From Bdellovibrionota bacterium (lineage in GTDB: Bacteria; Bdellovibrionota_C; UBA2361), in NCBI GenBank assembly GCA_044352465.1, contig JBILDU010000036.1, forward strand, positions 1 to 27,666: 27,666 nt of DNA, read 5' to 3'. Positions 26,635 to 27,666 of this stretch are shown in pieces (positions within the stretch are counted from its first letter, which is position 1; each line of letters starts with the position of its first letter). Under the pieces are notes generated by a model, which saw only the letters and a program-made list of their open reading frames with translations, was not told the DNA's origin and did no database searches. The position numbers and the translations under genes were made by a program.

Positions 26635-26829
26635 CGGTGGTGCTTTCCATGGAATCGGCGGGTGCCACGCAACCAGATTAGAACCGGCGCCCCAATTAAA
26701 GAGGCTTCTGAAGAGCTATCTGCCCTATAGAGCCCTATCGCGCGGTGCTCCGAGCGTCAGTAGCTGAGAGGGGCTATAGCGGTTCTACGTTGTGGTTGCT
26801 ATAGTCCGTCTTCAGGATTTTAGCGCGCA

Positions 26830-27327
26830 ATGGTGGCGATGTATATGCAAAACGATAATGGGGACCTTGAGGTAGGCGAGGAGCAAGAGGGGGCGTTAGA
26901 CCACAGTGAAGGCGACGCTCAGTCCGCGCGCCCACAGCGCGCAGCCCCTCCACCACCGGAACGGCGGCGTCCCCCAGCAAACGCCAATGAGTTGATGCTT
27001 GAGGAGGTCAAGGCGCGAGCTCAGCGCGCTGGCACGCGCTTACGGGAGTGTTTGCTCGGTACTCTGTTGATTGAGCTCACGAACGGGAAGAAGTTCGGAT
27101 TTGACTGGCGTCAAGCGGATCTGGTTGTGGTGCCCCTCGAAGGGGAGCTTAAAGGTGTTGGTGCGGCCGACTGCACCATCCGCTTGAGCGAAGATAATCT
27201 GATGCGGGTGGCGAGCGGTGATCTGAATCCGCAGGTGGGGATGTTGTCCGATAAGATAAGGGTCCAAGGCAAGGTGAGCTTTGCCGTGTATTTCTTCAAT
27301 CTGGTCGCGCCGCGCCCGCATTCGTAG
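26830..27327 (+). CDS. SCP2 sterol/lipid-binding domain protein with an acidic/Pro-rich N-terminal extension
   Basis: SCP2-like end 'ADCTIRLSEDNLMRVASGDLNPQVGMLSDKIRVQG'. Start may be ATG 26845. Confidence 0.8.
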   Translation: MVAMYMQNDNGDLEVGEEQEGALDHSEGDAQSARPQRAAPPPPERRRPPANANELMLEEVKARAQRAGTRLRECLLGTLLIELTNGKKFGFDWRQADLVVVPLEGELKGVGAADCTIRLSEDNLMRVASGDLNPQVGMLSDKIRVQGKVSFAVYFFNLVAPRPHS

Positions 27328-27352
27328 GCCGGTAAGATTTGTTGGTTGGATT

Positions 27353-27384
27353 GGGTTATCCCGGATAAAAGGGGTTATCCCGGA
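27353..27384. repeat. 13-bp direct repeat GGGTTATCCCGGA x2 covering the histidine-kinase stop codon
   Basis: Copies at 27353-27365 and 27372-27384. TTATCC-C-GGATAA (27356-27368) is also palindromic. Confidence 0.7.
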
Positions 27385-27666
27385 AAAAAAACGGAGAACG
27401 TCGTCCGTTTGTCCGGTTCGCTTTCGAGTTCGATTCGTGCGCCTACGGTGTCGATGATCGACTTCACGATGTAGAGTCCGAGTCCACTTCCGGTGGTACC
27501 GGAGCTCGCCGAGCCCCGTTTGAATCTCGTGAAGATCGCCTCCCGCTCCTCGGTGCGAATTCCTGCGCCGGTGTTGGCGATGACGAGTTTCGCGCCACTT
27601 TCGAGACGTTCCGTTTCTACCGTTATCGCTCCGTCTGTGGGGGTATACTTCACCGCGTTTGACAAG
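27375..27666 (-). CDS. Sensor histidine kinase, C-terminal HATPase_c domain (partial; continues beyond the window)
   Basis: N box 'SNAVKYT', G1-like 'NTGAGI', F box 'IFTRF' and G2 'GSGLGLYIVK'. Confidence 0.92.
   Translation of the reverse strand, partial: LSNAVKYTPTDGAITVETERLESGAKLVIANTGAGIRTEEREAIFTRFKRGSASSGTTGSGLGLYIVKSIIDTVGARIELESEPDKRTTFSVFFPG

Noticed and set aside
26664..26838. 6S RNA candidate
   Set aside because: The central bubble is very asymmetric, the stems are weak, the region must hold two divergent promoters, and there is no zapA/ygfA-type context.

Overview
A moderately GC-rich, gene-dense stretch of core chromosome from a diderm (Gram-negative) bacterium. Gene content and protein style suggest a deltaproteobacteria-like lineage (Bdellovibrionota/Desulfobacterota/Myxococcota type); this is inference only. 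In order it carries: a FapA/DUF342-like gene coupled to a CBS-pair gene, an orphan membrane-anchored protein, gap-tpiA with no pgk, a full tolQ-tolR-tolA-tolB-pal-cpoB cluster, ribF, rluD-pgeF, a DUF465-like small protein, a small unknown protein, a long-chain polyprenyl synthase, an alpha/beta hydrolase, tRNA-Glu(UUC), a YIP1-like membrane protein, queG, two lipoproteins, an lpxL-like acyltransferase, a site-2 protease-CBS fusion, a small exported protein, an O-antigen-ligase-family gene, coaE, an SCP2 protein and the 3' end of a histidine kinase. I saw no integrase, transposase, CRISPR array or defence genes. The best leads are: (i) a 15-bp tandem repeat that puts two in-frame Met-Ala-Pro-stop mini-ORFs directly before the hydrolase start; (ii) a ~190-nt structured intergenic element at 14861-15050; (iii) a WaaL/O-OTase-family gene followed by a small exported protein ending in -SPAS; (iv) a phased operator-like array upstream of pal. 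All calls come from reading motifs by eye; no searches were run.
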